Origin: Tubulanus polymorphus
Lineage: Eukaryota > Animalia > Nemertea
Reading direction: 5' to 3'
DNA length: 64,000 nucleotides
Assembly (NCBI RefSeq): GCF_964204645.1
Contig: NC_134033.1
Location: forward strand, 14,082,655-14,146,654
Shown one piece after another: positions 1 to 13,799 of the stretch. The notes under the pieces were generated by a model, which worked only from the letters and a program-made list of their open reading frames with translations, ran no database searches and was not told the DNA's origin. Position 1 is the first letter of the stretch. Each line of letters begins with the position of its first letter. The position numbers and the translations under genes are program-made.

Positions 1-1902
1 ATCAGTAGATCTACTTAAAAACTATGTTCAGCATTCGTAGATTATGTCCAGAATGCGATCTACAAATTTTGAATTTATATTACACTTGGGCCAAACAGAG
101 TTATACACTGTATGTTTTCTGGGGGGAAAGTTATTATAAAGTTAAGCCCTGCTGTGAGAAATAACCATTTACGAAAAAAAAACTATAAAATTTACACATT
201 GTAATTTATGATGAGAGATAATTGAACTGATTAATTAATTGATTAATGGTAGTTAAGATAAATGTATGTAATAATAATAATAATAATAATACTATTAGTA
301 ATAGGAATAGTTGTATTAATTAGATGTGAAATTGATGTCCGTAATGTGTTGATGGTGAAATTATAATATTACCAAAAAAAACCTAGATTTCAAATATTCA
401 AGGGGATATGGGTAGGGAGGGAGAGGGGTATTGTCTATCGAATATGAATTGCCACATATTTCTCTTCAATGTACATAATATACATATTTGCTTGATACGA
501 AGAAAAACTGCATGTAAACGAACCGAGAATCTGCTCCGCACCCGCGCCGGCTGTTTCTTTTATATTCCTCTCGATGTAAGTGTAAATTTCGACCGAAAAA
601 AACCCGCGATCATTTCTGTATTTTTCTTGTAAATATAGATATTGTAAGTGCTTGGATTCACTTGTTTATGTGGCTCGTTCGATGATGCATACACCGCAGC
701 TATTGCCTAGTCAACGCTTGTCTCGGGGCAGTAGTAGAAAGCGTCCTAAGCTCGTGTAAGCTCGAGTCCAGTTTCACCGCTGTTATGAGTTGCGTACGAG
801 ATAAATCAGTCGTTCGTCATTCAGATATTAAACTCTAGAGCGCCGAACTGGAAATCAGAACTCGGCTTCCTTCAGCTCTCATGACAGTCGGATAGGACTC
901 GACACTGAATGATTTGATTAAGATTTCGAGTTTTAAGGTCAAGAGTGGGGAATATTTGTTGCGGTTTTGTTACGAATGCGCGAAGATGAGGGATATTTTT
1001 GGAAGAGGGATGGGGGGAAAACTGTATTATAGTTGAAACCAATATTGTAACGTTAATAATGCAGGCACGTTATCGATGACAGCTTGGACTCGCTCCTCAG
1101 ACGAATCATTTACATAGTTTACATTTTTTCGATCGTCCACACTTCACACGTGTTCGGAACTTCGATCGAAAATGAGGGGGCGTTGAATATTGAAATTGTT
1201 ACATTGTTGAGCATTTGAAACCACTTTCCTAGTGGGCGTGGTGTCCGTGGACCCTTAGTTTTCAGTAATCGTCCATACTTGAACACTTAATAATTGGTGA
1301 ACGTGTAAAGGGGTGGATCCAGGCTGTATATCGATACCTGCTCCAAGTGATATATATTCCATGTGCTATGGTTTGCATTTTTTTGTTGGTTTTGTTTTGT
1401 TTTTTACATCAGAAAAAAAAAACTGAAACAATTTGAAATAGAAATGTTGCAAATTATTTCCGTAGAAAATAGTTAACCACAAATCGGACATCCGAAAAAT
1501 CAAAAGAGAGATGTTCACAACACGCAATCACACGAATTTTCTTTTAAATCAATAATAAAGCGCGGGGTGACGTCACGTGATTATGAGCCCGTAGCGACAT
1601 CTGGTTGTCATGAGATGAATAATTATTTGTTAAAGGTGTATTGAATAGGTATAGTTTCACGATTCGTTGAATCGCGGACGTGTAAACTAGGTATAGACTA
1701 GTCAATGCGCCCATGGTTGAATGAATAGTGCACGCTACGCGCTCCTCGCCTTTCATGTCCAATCCATAACTAGCTTTCACGCACGTTGGCTTTTTGTAAT
1801 ATAGTCATTTTTGTAGCGAACGTCGACTGAGGTACTATTTTCAAAACCTACGAATTCTCCCAGTAAAGAAAGCAGCCCGCCTCACGTACTCGACGTACTG
1901 TG

Positions 1903-2092
1903 ACAGTGTAACGTTGTTACAACGAACTTCAGGGGGACCAGAAAATATGTCGCGTTATAGCCGATTGTTCGTTATAACCAGAATGAAATTATTGAAAATT
2001 GTTCTATTTGGAATGAAATTCTAGGTTTGTGAATCGAGGTACCCGAGGTCTTAGTAACGAGGTTCCACTGTAGTAACGAGGTTCCACTGTAG
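1903..2092. mobile_element. Non-autonomous MITE, Tc1/mariner-pogo-like (TIR ~CAGTGGAACCTCGTTA)
   Basis: acagtgtaacgttgttacaacga at the left and taacgaggttccactgta at the right (right end duplicated in tandem). Related copies at 48274-48553 and 51435-51602. Confidence 0.65.
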
Positions 2093-2412
2093 TGCGATAT
2101 GATACGTATCTTGTCGCATTCAATTTGGCGTCCATTTCGACTCAAGCGATTTAATGACGTCATTTTGGGTAACTGGCGGCAATCTTTTCTGGGAAGATGG
2201 CCATTCAAATCGATGTTTGTATCATATAGAATAGTATATTCGTTGATGGATTGTACATATTTAATACGACTGCATGTAATCGTACCTGTTTAGACTGGGA
2301 TTACCCGCGGTTCCGCTGATCGTGCCGTCGGTTCGAGCGTAGTATGTTCTGTGTGGCAAGTCGTTGTGGCACCCGTTCAACCATGTACTTCGTCAGGAGT
2401 CCATGGTTGAAC

Positions 2413-2582
2413 TGGTGTCATAGAATCCGATGCCCCCGATGTCAGATGCCCCCCAGCAATAGATTGATGGATTAAGTGGAGAGTCATAATGGGCCGCTGC
2501 TGGCCCTAACCCTTAATCCTGAGATACATGTATATTGTAAGGGGCCCATGAATAAGGGAAGGTATTTCATTCTATGGCACCG
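2413..2582. mobile_element. Short MITE
   Basis: TIRs ggtgtcatagaat / attctatggcacc (1 mismatch). Confidence 0.55.
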
Positions 2583-4259
2583 GGACGGCTCTGCTAACTG
2601 GTCCGGCCAAACGCCGAATATTCGGGCCGAGTGACACTAGGTCTACGCGTGCCTCCTCGCCCGATACGAAAAAATAGTCGTCGTGTAAATAGCTTTATTT
2701 AGGCGAAAATGTGTATGTATTGAAATCTGCATTATCGATAATAATTATTGATATTAATTATCATTATCATTAGTAGTCGTATTAATTTGAAAGTAGTCAT
2801 TATTGTTGTAATCAAATACTTTTTCTAAATGATTGCCTTGAAATATCGTAGTAGCGAAATATCGTTTTAAGTTCGAATCGACTAGTCGGCACTTCGTATC
2901 GTCTAGCGGCCAGGATATTCTCTTGGCGCCTCCTACCGGCCGATGCGAAAATCATCTCGTCGATATGTGTTTATTTATTATTTACGATATGTTTTTTTTC
3001 TCGTTTTGTACAGTAGTGTTTGAGAGAAGGGAATCGGTAGTTATCGATCCACTTGTAAATTATACCGGCTTTGTCGCGCACAGCGGCGCCACCTTGTGGC
3101 CAGACGTTGAACTTGTCTCGATTACCTCTCTCATCTATTGATTAATTCGAAGATTTCATGCTATCGTTCGGAATTGGATTTACTCGATTCTAGCTTGATA
3201 AATGAGATTTTTACATTCTTTCATCGTCGTTTGGCGCAAACCGTCTGGGAATCCATCGGGTTCGAATCCCAGAAATGTATCATTAAATTAACCTCCCTTG
3301 ATTTCTCTCAAAGCTCAAACTTCTGATATATTTAAGCTCGTATCTATCGACGAAGCGAACGTCTGGTGATCGCGTGAACGCTGTTTAAATGTAATTACTA
3401 TATAAATATGTGAATGTAAAAAAAACAATCTGCGACTCCTTTAAGGGTCATTTTGTGACTTATCTATGAACAGAAATAAAATGTCTATGGTATTAAAAAT
3501 TAACTTGACATAAATGAAAAGTATGTTCGTGTTCATTTCTCTTTTCCGTAAATTGGACCCTTTGACCCATCATATTTTGGAAACAATCAGTATCACGTAA
3601 CAGGACCGCGCAACGTTCCCAGGGCCAAGGATCCGTTTGTGCGAAAGAGACCGGCCATTCCGAGCCCGTAGCGTATTAGGCAGGTCGAACGAAATTTAGA
3701 TCGCTTGATTTTATTCATCGAGAAAATATTGATACGTAACACTTACAGCATGCTAAGCAGACAGATGTTTCGTTCATTTAGACCTTCGTTACACCAACGA
3801 TCGACAAGTATACATTTATTACTACATTGATTTGCTGATAGAATATGCAGGTGAAATAACACAGAAAGTTGATGAATAAAACTGCAAATGACAAAAAAAA
3901 ACCAATTTAACGGCGTAATGACTCATCGCAGATTAAAGTAGCTACGAATTGGATTAAAGCCCTTCAAGACTAATCGCCATCTGCACACATACAGTAACAC
4001 TGCACTGCGAAATTTAAAAATCGACCTCGCATTGCTAATTTCCAATGCGCCGTCTATCAACAGCTGGTAACACTACAAGTTGTAGCAGGCGACTTTTGAA
4101 CAATTTGTCGTCTTTAGACAGAACCAACGTTTTCGAATCCAGGAAAGTTAGTACAGCTGAAATATTCCTAGGTCCAGTTCCAGAGACAGATCTTGAAAAT
4201 CACCTTTCAGGTCTTGTCTTGAGACGGGGTTTGTTATCGATGTCCGACGTAATCAACGC

Positions 4260-6125
4260 TTAGAATAACGAAACGGTGAAAACTATGAAGACAACCATCA
4301 TCAGCATGTTCACATAGGATGGCTTGATCTGTACGGCGTAGTTACAGTGGTTCTTGTTATCGCAGCAGTAATGCGCGGTTACAGCGCTCGTCTGCAGGTT
4401 ACCTGCGATTGTGGTACCGGCGTATGCGTGCGATTTCATCGCGGTCTTAAACGTAGTAATCGCATTATCTCGCAGAGCCGTAACACCCGGGTCAGCGCAT
4501 TTTCGCCCCTTGATGCACATTCGTTTGACGAAGTTGAAACTGTTGCTATTGCCGACCAATTTCTATATTCAAATACAAAATGAAAACCAAACATTGATAG
4601 ATTTTAGATGCGGCATCGACCAATCAGATAGCTTTATGACGTTCCTAGACCAATCACATCGCAGGATGAAGGAGTCTACGTATTTTTAGCGTAGGCCTAG
4701 TCTCGAATGATTTGCTAGTTTATAAAAACTTAAAGTGATCTACGTTATGAGAATCGAATCTATGAACGCGAATCGGGAAAATTATAGTTCAAGATTAGAC
4801 CAGTCCCATAGACTAACCCAGTGTCCCTCAAGTCGAGTTTAAACTCAGAACCCACTGACCTGGGCCCGATTTTATGGACCGTATTACCTTTAATCCGGAG
4901 GCTAACTAAATTGAAAATGAATCAAGGTAGCTTCTCTGGGTTGAGGTAGGCTGATACAGTCTGTAAAACTGGCCCCTGGGACTTATAACCAAACTTGGGG
5001 CCTGTTGTGGTCCCTCGTCACGATCCGATATAACTTACGAATGCTACGCTTTGCGAGGTGCATATTTTGTCAAATATACCCTGATAACGACTAGCCGACA
5101 TGTAGCCTTCAGTTTCTTCATTGGCATCGAAGATCATCGGATATCCTTGGAAGCAGGCTTCGTGACCGAGCGTTGTATGGAGCGCGTTCGCCTTGTCGCT
5201 GGCCTCGCACTCGAATGCGATCAAAACGCCTGTACAATCTACAACGACGATACGAAAAACGAAGTAGACATTTTTTATCTCTAACGATAAGCAAACAAAA
5301 AAAAAACAAGAAAACTAAGTTTATTGACGCCTTGAAAAATAACACAAAAATATATTGCTTGATAGTGTTAACAATGAACCGATGAATAGTGTAATATTAG
5401 GGACCAATAAAGTTATTTTGGATTTGAATATATCGATCATTTAATTAAATTGACCGGCAACCAGTCTAGCCCCGATATATTGATGACGTAGTGCGCATCA
5501 AAGATAGTTATCAAAATTTATCCAAAAGTAAGATGAGTTATGAAATATATATACTGACCAAAATAAACGCCAAAATTCATGATTGTGATTGTTATTTTGA
5601 AACGCCAATATTGATGATGTAGTGCCATAACAAACGGCGTTTGACTTAGAAAATGTGATTTCCTTTATTTTTCGCATTTTCAGGATTGAATATCAGATAT
5701 GATAAATATCAAATGATTAAGGCTAGTTTTCACTTAGAAAATGCGATGTAGAGACGGAATTTATCAGGAAATGAGTTGGAAAATTCCAGACCGCTTTATT
5801 TAGCCAACTCTTCGCCGAACGACTTAGGTAAAGTTTTACTGTACATATATTTGTGTTATAACGAAAGACCCCCCACCTTCCCGATTCTGTTAACATATGC
5901 AATTTGCATTGCATCTTCTAAAAAGATACTGATAATCTCTTTATGACATGTTGTAATTTTATTGTGGAAATAAATTTATTATTATTTATTATTATTAATC
6001 TGATCGGCTTAAAAAAATATTCAAAATAATGGTTTGTAGGTTTACTTACTGACAACAGATATTTCTAAGCCCACCAGCGCGACCAGGGCGGCAACCCGCA
6101 AAACTGACGCTCCTTTCGTAGACAT
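4260..6125 (-). CDS. Secreted, probably GPI-anchored Ly6/uPAR (three-finger, quiver/sleepless-like) protein, ~192 aa, 3 coding exons
   Basis: Exons 6125-6050 (MSTKGASVLRVAALVALVGLEISVV, signal peptide, gtaagt donor), 5238-5039 (NCTGVLIAFEC...HEAC...KICTSQSVAF, gtaagt donor) and 4562-4260 (KRMC...KC...CCDNKNHCN plus hydrophobic tail). Phases 1 and 0 join in frame. CCxxxxxCN followed by a hydrophobic C-terminus is the LU-domain/GPI signature. Confidence 0.8.
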
Positions 6126-8774
6126 TTCCGTCCAGTTGGCGAACTGCGATACGTTTTTCGCAAACTGCCAGCACTCAAATGTACCCAACTTTCAGTTTAC
6201 TAGCGCTGTCGCTTCTTCTTTTCTAACTGTGCCAAACAATTCGGTTGCTACGGACGCGTACGTGTGGTTGCGAAGTGCGCCGTACCCGCGGAGGACGTAA
6301 CCAAGATATAAAAAAACAAATCAATCCACTCGCGTTCAAGGTCACGCGATGAACTACACGCGTGTGGTCGTTTGAACGAGAAGTAATTCATTCGTGATTC
6401 ATTCATTATTCAGGCCCGTAGCGTTCGGGGTTCGGGGCGTTCGGTTGAACCCCCCACAAAAATATTTAGTTCCACTCATTTATAAATCAAAAGGAAGATA
6501 GTCTGTTAAGCAGAAAAAAACGTTACACAAAGCCTAACTATAACGTAGAAGGCTCATACGCCTGATGAAGCTACATTAGTAGCGACAGCTCATGCGTCAA
6601 ATGAAATAATCAATTCGTCTCGCTGTATTCATCTAACTTTTTACATGTATTTTAACATTTACTTGAACCTTCGTTATATAAACGGAAATCGCCCAGAGGC
6701 CATATCTGAGCATACAATTTTAAAAATTTTCTTCGGGTAGGTCCCAAGACTTTTAAGAAGTTCCAACCAAGATAAAACCCAACCGCACATTTCTCACGAC
6801 CCGGGCCAGTTATTCGATGTAATACGAATCAACTCATCAATGTTACGCTGCGTTTTGCCACATCTGACCCTTCCAGAAAAGATGGCGCCCTCTTGAATGA
6901 CGTCGACGAATTATCCTACCAACTGGAGACCGTTTATCAGAATCAATCTAATGCAGATGCATATTAATCGCTGGATCCAAATCAACCACATCATTTTTAT
7001 GATTTTGCAACGAAACCGGCCGTGACACCCTTTAATAATATCAGCAATTTCTTTTAATTAATTGGGCTTTTACTAATTCTAAGTGACGGCGTATATTATG
7101 CTGTATAGAAAAATCACCGCGAGTCCATCAGCTCTTTGAATGACAGTTTATCAGAGCACCATCGATCTGGTTTTTAGTATGTTTTGTTGGCTGTTGCTAT
7201 GGATGCAATTTACCAATCACGCATGCGAGCTGGTCGGCACGGGGAGAGTGGTTTGCAGGCGATATCAAAACTTCATCCAACTCACTTTTTTCATATACAA
7301 ATGTTTGATGGAATACAACGGTGAATTGTTGACATTGTAACAATATGTTAATAATCTGAACTCTTGAACTGAGTCGGTGAAATATTTGCATGTGAATTCT
7401 CATCCTCGCTTGCCAGGGTTTGATTGCCTCCCGCCAAAGCTCGCGCCAACACAAACAAACCCTGGCCGCAAATCACTTTGGAGCAGTGCCCACAGATGAG
7501 TCTTTGCATCCGATGTCTGCATTCGTTCATATTTCTGAAGCACATGAAGAACACTAGATGCACAGGTTGTTCAAAGTCCTATTCGATCGATATCGATATA
7601 GTCTGACTCTGAGAGAAAATTTTGTTCTACGCGATATTTTTTCCATAGCGACACAAAACAAACAGTCGAACTCAAACACAGGCGCAGTTATCGCGCAGTA
7701 GACTTTATCGATTGCCGTTTCACATGATATAACAAACCTCGCCTCAGTTGGCTTAAGTTGAGACGGGTAAAATTCTTAGAAAGTCTTCACTCGTCGGCTA
7801 TAGACACTCAAATGCGGGAAATATGTACAGTCATGCAGCAGACTGTGTGTCGGGGCTGGTGAAACGCACCAATTTCAATTTTTGTTTTTATAGTGGATTT
7901 TGTTATAGCGGTGAATATTGTATCAGTTTCATCTTCCGTGCACGTCAAAAAAGCTCGCCTGTAAAAAATAAAAATAAAAATGCGCATCCCGCATGCAGAA
8001 ATCTATTTTAATTTCTTTTTCAAAAAGTAGAACACTCCTGCCGCACGCATCCCGATAAACAACCTGATCACAGTGTTTTATGTTTTTGTCTCACGGTCGC
8101 GCAGGCGAGCATTTCGGTAACGAAATGCTTTCCACCATGATTCAAGGTCGTTGACGCATCAATTTCCTCATTTTCCGAAAGATAGTCGCGCCCTCCTGGC
8201 TGTCAAACCTGGCTGTCAGACATTAAGCAAGATCTTTCTATGATTGGCATAAACCTCAACAATAGAACATCAGATATTGAAATCCTAAAACAAATTGTGA
8301 CAGATCGTGAGCAGTGGAGAAATAAAGTACACAACATCTTGGCGCAGCGGCGCTTGCTGATGTAACTGATGATGAGTCGCGCCCTCGTTACTTTCAGAAT
8401 TTGGAATAAGGCTTTTTATTGCACAAACAGCCCTTTCGTCGGTCCAAGTTTGGTCTCAATCATCGAACAAAGAGGAGAACAGTCAAACCGGTACATGCGT
8501 TGTATATTTGTTGAATAGAATGCAACGAGTTCATGATTATGGTCATGAATGCTTTCATTGTGATTATTTCAACAAACTGGCTCCGGTTACGGGCAATCTG
8601 CACTGTATATCTACGTACACGCATGCGTGAACGAATAGGGTTAGGGTTAGGTGAGGCTATATATAAATATAATAATAATAAATTAACGTCGAGTTGGTTC
8701 ATGATTATGATAATTAATGCATTATTTCAACAAACTAGTCTGTTATTTCAATGTTCACGACACATATCTCATGG

Positions 8775-10198
8775 CTATTTTCCGAAGCCGGGAGGCATTC
8801 GCCCGAATGTGGGTGTGAATGCGGGGTTCCCTAAAACCAAGAAAAAAATCAATGCTAGAATTATGAATAAAGTCAACAATTTAAAAATAGGGTTAGGAGT
8901 TATATTGACATTGTTGTGACGTCGACAGGGAGCGAATCATTGTAAAATTCATATTCAAAGTATTCTTACATTTTCCATTACGCTCGTTTTCACCTAAGAA
9001 AAAAAAACAATTAAAGCTTTTCATAAGATATCTTTAATTCAATTTGCATTGTGTCTACAATTTTTTTTTCGTTGATCGTAAATAAAAAGGCTGCTAAAAT
9101 CAAATTCCAACTGATCTGGATTCGAACCCAAAACGCGAAGATCTAACGGATCAGACCTCGGCAAGATTGCATTGAAAAGTGGCGGCCCTTTCAATAAGAT
9201 TACCGCAAAAGGCAGATGTTCTACTGACTATCAGTAAGTTTTATTTACCTGATGTGCTTTCGTTCTCATCGCGGTTCTTATCTTTGTCCTCAACTGAGAA
9301 TAAAGAAACAGCGGCGTTTAAGCAATTTAAGAATTTTAACAACCTTTCAGTAACTGCCTCCAGCACTCTCGATCCACGCGGGGATTGATCGGGTCGCAAA
9401 CGTTTTAGGCCATAGAGCCCTTTTTCAAATGAGGAAATATAGGTCGCATTGACAAAAACAGTTTCGGTTCTATGTTATGGCCTAGGTTGCATGATTTGAA
9501 ATCTGTTATTTTTTGCCATTTTAAGGAGAAATTCGACGGATACAATGTGGTCCCATTACTTCAAAAATATGTGGTCCTATTTCTTAATTTTTTTCGAATT
9601 TGATCGTCTAAGTCGCAGCTCTCGAATCAAGAGTACGTGTAAATACCAATATTCTACGGCGACGACGCGAAATGAACACCTGAAGGTCATGTAGTCTGTG
9701 TGTATTGATTACTATAAGGAGTAATCATTAATCGCTCGCGTTATTCAAACACTGAACGCGCTGTATAGATTATTGAGTGAGATTCTGACATAGATTTCAA
9801 ATTGATTTGAGTTCTATAATTCTGATCAGCAGTGCCTTCATAAATCGATCTGGCGGAAGCCTCTTTTCTTGGAGCAATGATTACTCCAAGCTCATATATG
9901 TAGCTATGCAACAACCATTCCTAAAACATTCGACTTTTTCTTTCACAAGTCGTGCATCGTGTATTAAAAGTCCAATAGATTTGTTTTGGCCTGACTAGTA
10001 CGATTTATGCGAGGTTGAGTGCGCTAGTGTCGCAACAGTTCTAACGCTGTAAGGCGTCCTGTCGAATTGACGTTTGAGCGATATGCTTATTAGGTAGATC
10101 TAAAGTAACCCACCATCAGCATTAATTTCTCTTATTGTTATGACGCAGATCATACCGAGTAAGAAACACAGCGCAAACAGACGATTTTGCGTGAACAT
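8775..10198 (-). CDS. Small secreted peptide precursor A (69 aa), predicted C-terminal GRMPPGF-amide
   Basis: Coding exons 10198-10114, 9293-9249, 8993-8970, 8830-8775, all GT-AG and phase 1. Translation MFTQNRLFALCFLLGMICVITIREINADVEDKDKNRDENESTSGENERNGKWNPAFTPTFGRMPPGFGK*. A non-coding first exon ends at 10354 (aag|gtaagt). Splice sites and frame are conserved with the paralog at 17378-18474. Confidence 0.82.
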
Positions 10199-11941
10199 CT
10201 GAAAGAAAAGGGGAAAACGGAAAGAGCTATTTTACTTATTGAGAAAGTATTTCTCAATATTGTTCCTATAATTCTGAATCCAAGATGATGAATAAAAACA
10301 GGCTGTGACATAATGTACACATCCATCGAAAAAGCGGAGATAACGCCACTTACCTTGGTTAAGTAGAAATTTATTCGTCCGTTTCGGTATATGTATTTTC
10401 TTCGCGCGAACGTGGAGCAATTTTCGTTTCTGAAGTGCCAACGGGCAATGCGCGCTATACACACGCGTAACATTAATCGCTTCGAGATCTCTGGAACCTT
10501 TGATCAATAATCGCAAAAGTAGATGCAGATTGTGTGAAGGCCCGAGTTTGATAATGATAATAATAATAATTATAATTATAATAGTAATAATAATAATAGT
10601 TATCTTTATTTACATTGAAATTATAACATAATATAACACTTAGAGTTTCTAAAGATTAGTTTACCGTCGGCTGCAGGGGAATAGCAGCATGCGGTGTGAA
10701 TTGATTACCTGTTAACGACTGTCTGATGTCACTTTATCAAGTGAAAGTTGAATCAAATATTTCGGCTTTGGTGTAACACATGCAAAGCTTAGAACCAACT
10801 CGTCCCTTCCACTGGACGCTAGATTCGCCGGGAGTCGGTTTCAGATGTAGAAAATGCCTTCGTTAAAAGAATGAAAGCCCATCTTATATGCGTAGCTTTA
10901 AATTCGGGGAAGGTTTTTCGAAATAAATTTCAATGAAATCAACCGTTGAATGCTACGGGTAATGTGGAATTAACTGTGCTAATATCAACGAGTACCCAAA
11001 AACGCGGAGCCTGAAAACTGCTTACTCAGCCTTTTTACATTTCCATGCTTGAACTCAACATCTGTACATAATAAATTGTATTCTCTGATAGGTAACGACC
11101 CGGTAACGACGATCGTCATTAGCCTACATCTCGACGATTTCATGAATTCAATCCTTACTGACAGATGCGGCTTTAGATTTAATTAAAATGCATAAAGATG
11201 ACGCCACGAGCAACGATAACGATAAACAATCATTGTTGTTTATGGTGTCACAATCATAGGTGTATGCAAAGCTAAATTTCACATACGTGTAATCCTGTTC
11301 AGATCATTTGATTTAAATTAAATATATTGTGACCGACAAATGCGGCTTTAGATCTGACTAAATAAGCACGAATAAAGTGACGAGAATTGATTATGCAAAA
11401 CTGTTATCATAATTGTAACTGTCTCTATTTCCAAGCCATAAAAACGGTTAGTAATAGCAAAAATTCATAGTCTTTATGAATTTCTGGTAATAGTAATAGT
11501 ACCCATAGGGTAAAAATCCCCTTAGTTAAAATTCCTCAGGTAAAAAATTCCCCAATTCTTCAAAGTAGGTAAAATAAATTTTGAATGGAGTGTAAGTAAA
11601 TACAATCTAAAAGTAAATTTATTTATATCATTGATACATATATCAAATTTATTCATATTATTCTGTGGATCACCATATCGATATCATAGAATAGAATAGA
11701 ATATATTTTCATTGATCATTAGCATACAACCTATAGTATATAGTATAATTTGAATTAAGTATTTTAATTTGCATTTTTAAATTCATTGAACGCCTTTCAT
11801 TAAGAACTTCTAAACTCCAGGATTGTATGAATTGTTTTCTAAATGAAGTTACTAAACTTAAATCACAAACATAGATCCTTTCGATATTATTTCTGAAAAA
11901 CCTAATTTAACTGTCTGGTATTATATTATCTGATATCGGTG

Positions 11942-12177
<236 letters not shown>

Positions 12178-13220
12178 ATATTATATTTCTTTGTACGCGG
12201 ATATATCCACCATAAAGGTTGACTAAGATAACACGAATGACTTTGGTGATGATTAAATAAATAGAATTAAAAAATCAATGATGATGAAAAAAAAATGAAA
12301 ACATACAACAAATTGACACTTCATTTGATACTAAATTAGTACTTAAAGTGATCGCACAGCTTAATGAAAGGGTTCATCGCACATTTAAAATATATTACAC
12401 TAGCTTGAATGTAAAATATTTCAAACTAAAATGTCATTATTTCTTACAATTCGTGGCATCGCACGGCCCAAATATACCACAAGTTAACAAAAATTCGAAA
12501 TATTATTCCAGTTCGAATTTTAATATTTTACAAATATAAAGTTCATCATTAAATTCTAAATCGTTATACCGGGAATTTCGTATTAACGTGATCGTACTAA
12601 GCAAAGCCAGGAATTAAATTCATCGTATTACCGAGGTTTTCGTTGTTAGCCGAATCGTACTGACTGAGGTTTGACTGTATAAATAAAACGAGTAACATGC
12701 CGTGAACCCGCGCAAAATTGAGCCGGAAATTACATATTGAATGGAGGGAAAATTCGCGACAGTTACAGGTGTCACAATTTGTCACAATTTCACCTATAGT
12801 CGTTGCGCAATATTCAATCTATATTTCATATAACTCAAATGAAAATTCGGCTTTAGATTTGGTTAAATATCATAAATGAAGCGACGAAAAATATCAACGC
12901 AAAACTATTTCTATCACAGGTGTCACAATCATGAGCCTGGTGAAGCTTCTATACATTAGCAGCGAGAGCCCGTGCGTCAAAATGAATAGTTTACCTATAT
13001 ATATATATACACGAACCCCCGATATATCGCCCTCCCATTTACCGCCACCCCCGCCTATCGAAACGTACTCAGTTGTGAGTATTCAAACTGCGTATTTATC
13101 GACGAAGTGATGGTACTCGGCACATCTATCCAAGGGTACACTCAATTTTGGGTACCGTACTTGCCTAAACTATGGTAAGGCTAAGTGTGCCCGCAAAAAG
13201 AAAATGGCGGCTATGACTTG

Positions 13221-13409
13221 AGCCGCGATCGCACGAGCATTTTTGGCCCGGGCCAAAAATGCTCGACCAAAAACGTCGGACCAGGCCCGAGCCAAATTTT
13301 AGCACCAGACAAATGATTGCGTTTGAATTGCTACTGGCACCGGGAATCATCCACTTCGCTTTCCGTGCCAATTTGGCCCGGGCCAAATCGTCTCCGTGTG
13401 ATCGCGGCT
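13221..13409. mobile_element. MITE (PIF/Harbinger-like) with internal 32-bp palindrome
   Basis: TIRs agccgcgatcgcacg / cgtgtgatcgcggct. Perfect palindrome cgagcatttttggcccgggccaaaaatgctcg at 13234-13265. Confidence 0.65.
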
Positions 13410-13799
13410 TTATTTGCAGTGTCAGCTAAGTTACAATGAAAATCAACAAAGCTCATTTATCATTAAAAATCTCGTTACTCAGAAATATTCACACTTGTAA
13501 ATGCATGAATGCAATGCATAATCCGTCACTAATCATCATGAATATGTGACTTGCCATATAATCGGTGGTCGATTCGCGATAGCAGCATTATTGAGTTGGG
13601 TTGCATCACAGAAAGGTAGGTTTCGATTGTATTCCGGAAAAGCATAGTCTGCAAACGTGCCGGTCGAGTTTGTTATTCGGAATTGCTATTCCTAAACCGG
13701 AATACATCAAATGAAAACGTCTCTAAGAACGTGCAAAAATAGTTTATAATGCAGAATTTTTTTTCTATTAGTTTGGCAGACGAAACTCGGGGCACGAAG

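Noticed and set aside
13749-13799. ORF-track start of the methyltransferase (MQNFFSIS)
   Set aside because: It runs through a polypyrimidine tract and AG acceptor at 13771, so it is probably intronic; ATG 13800 is preferred.
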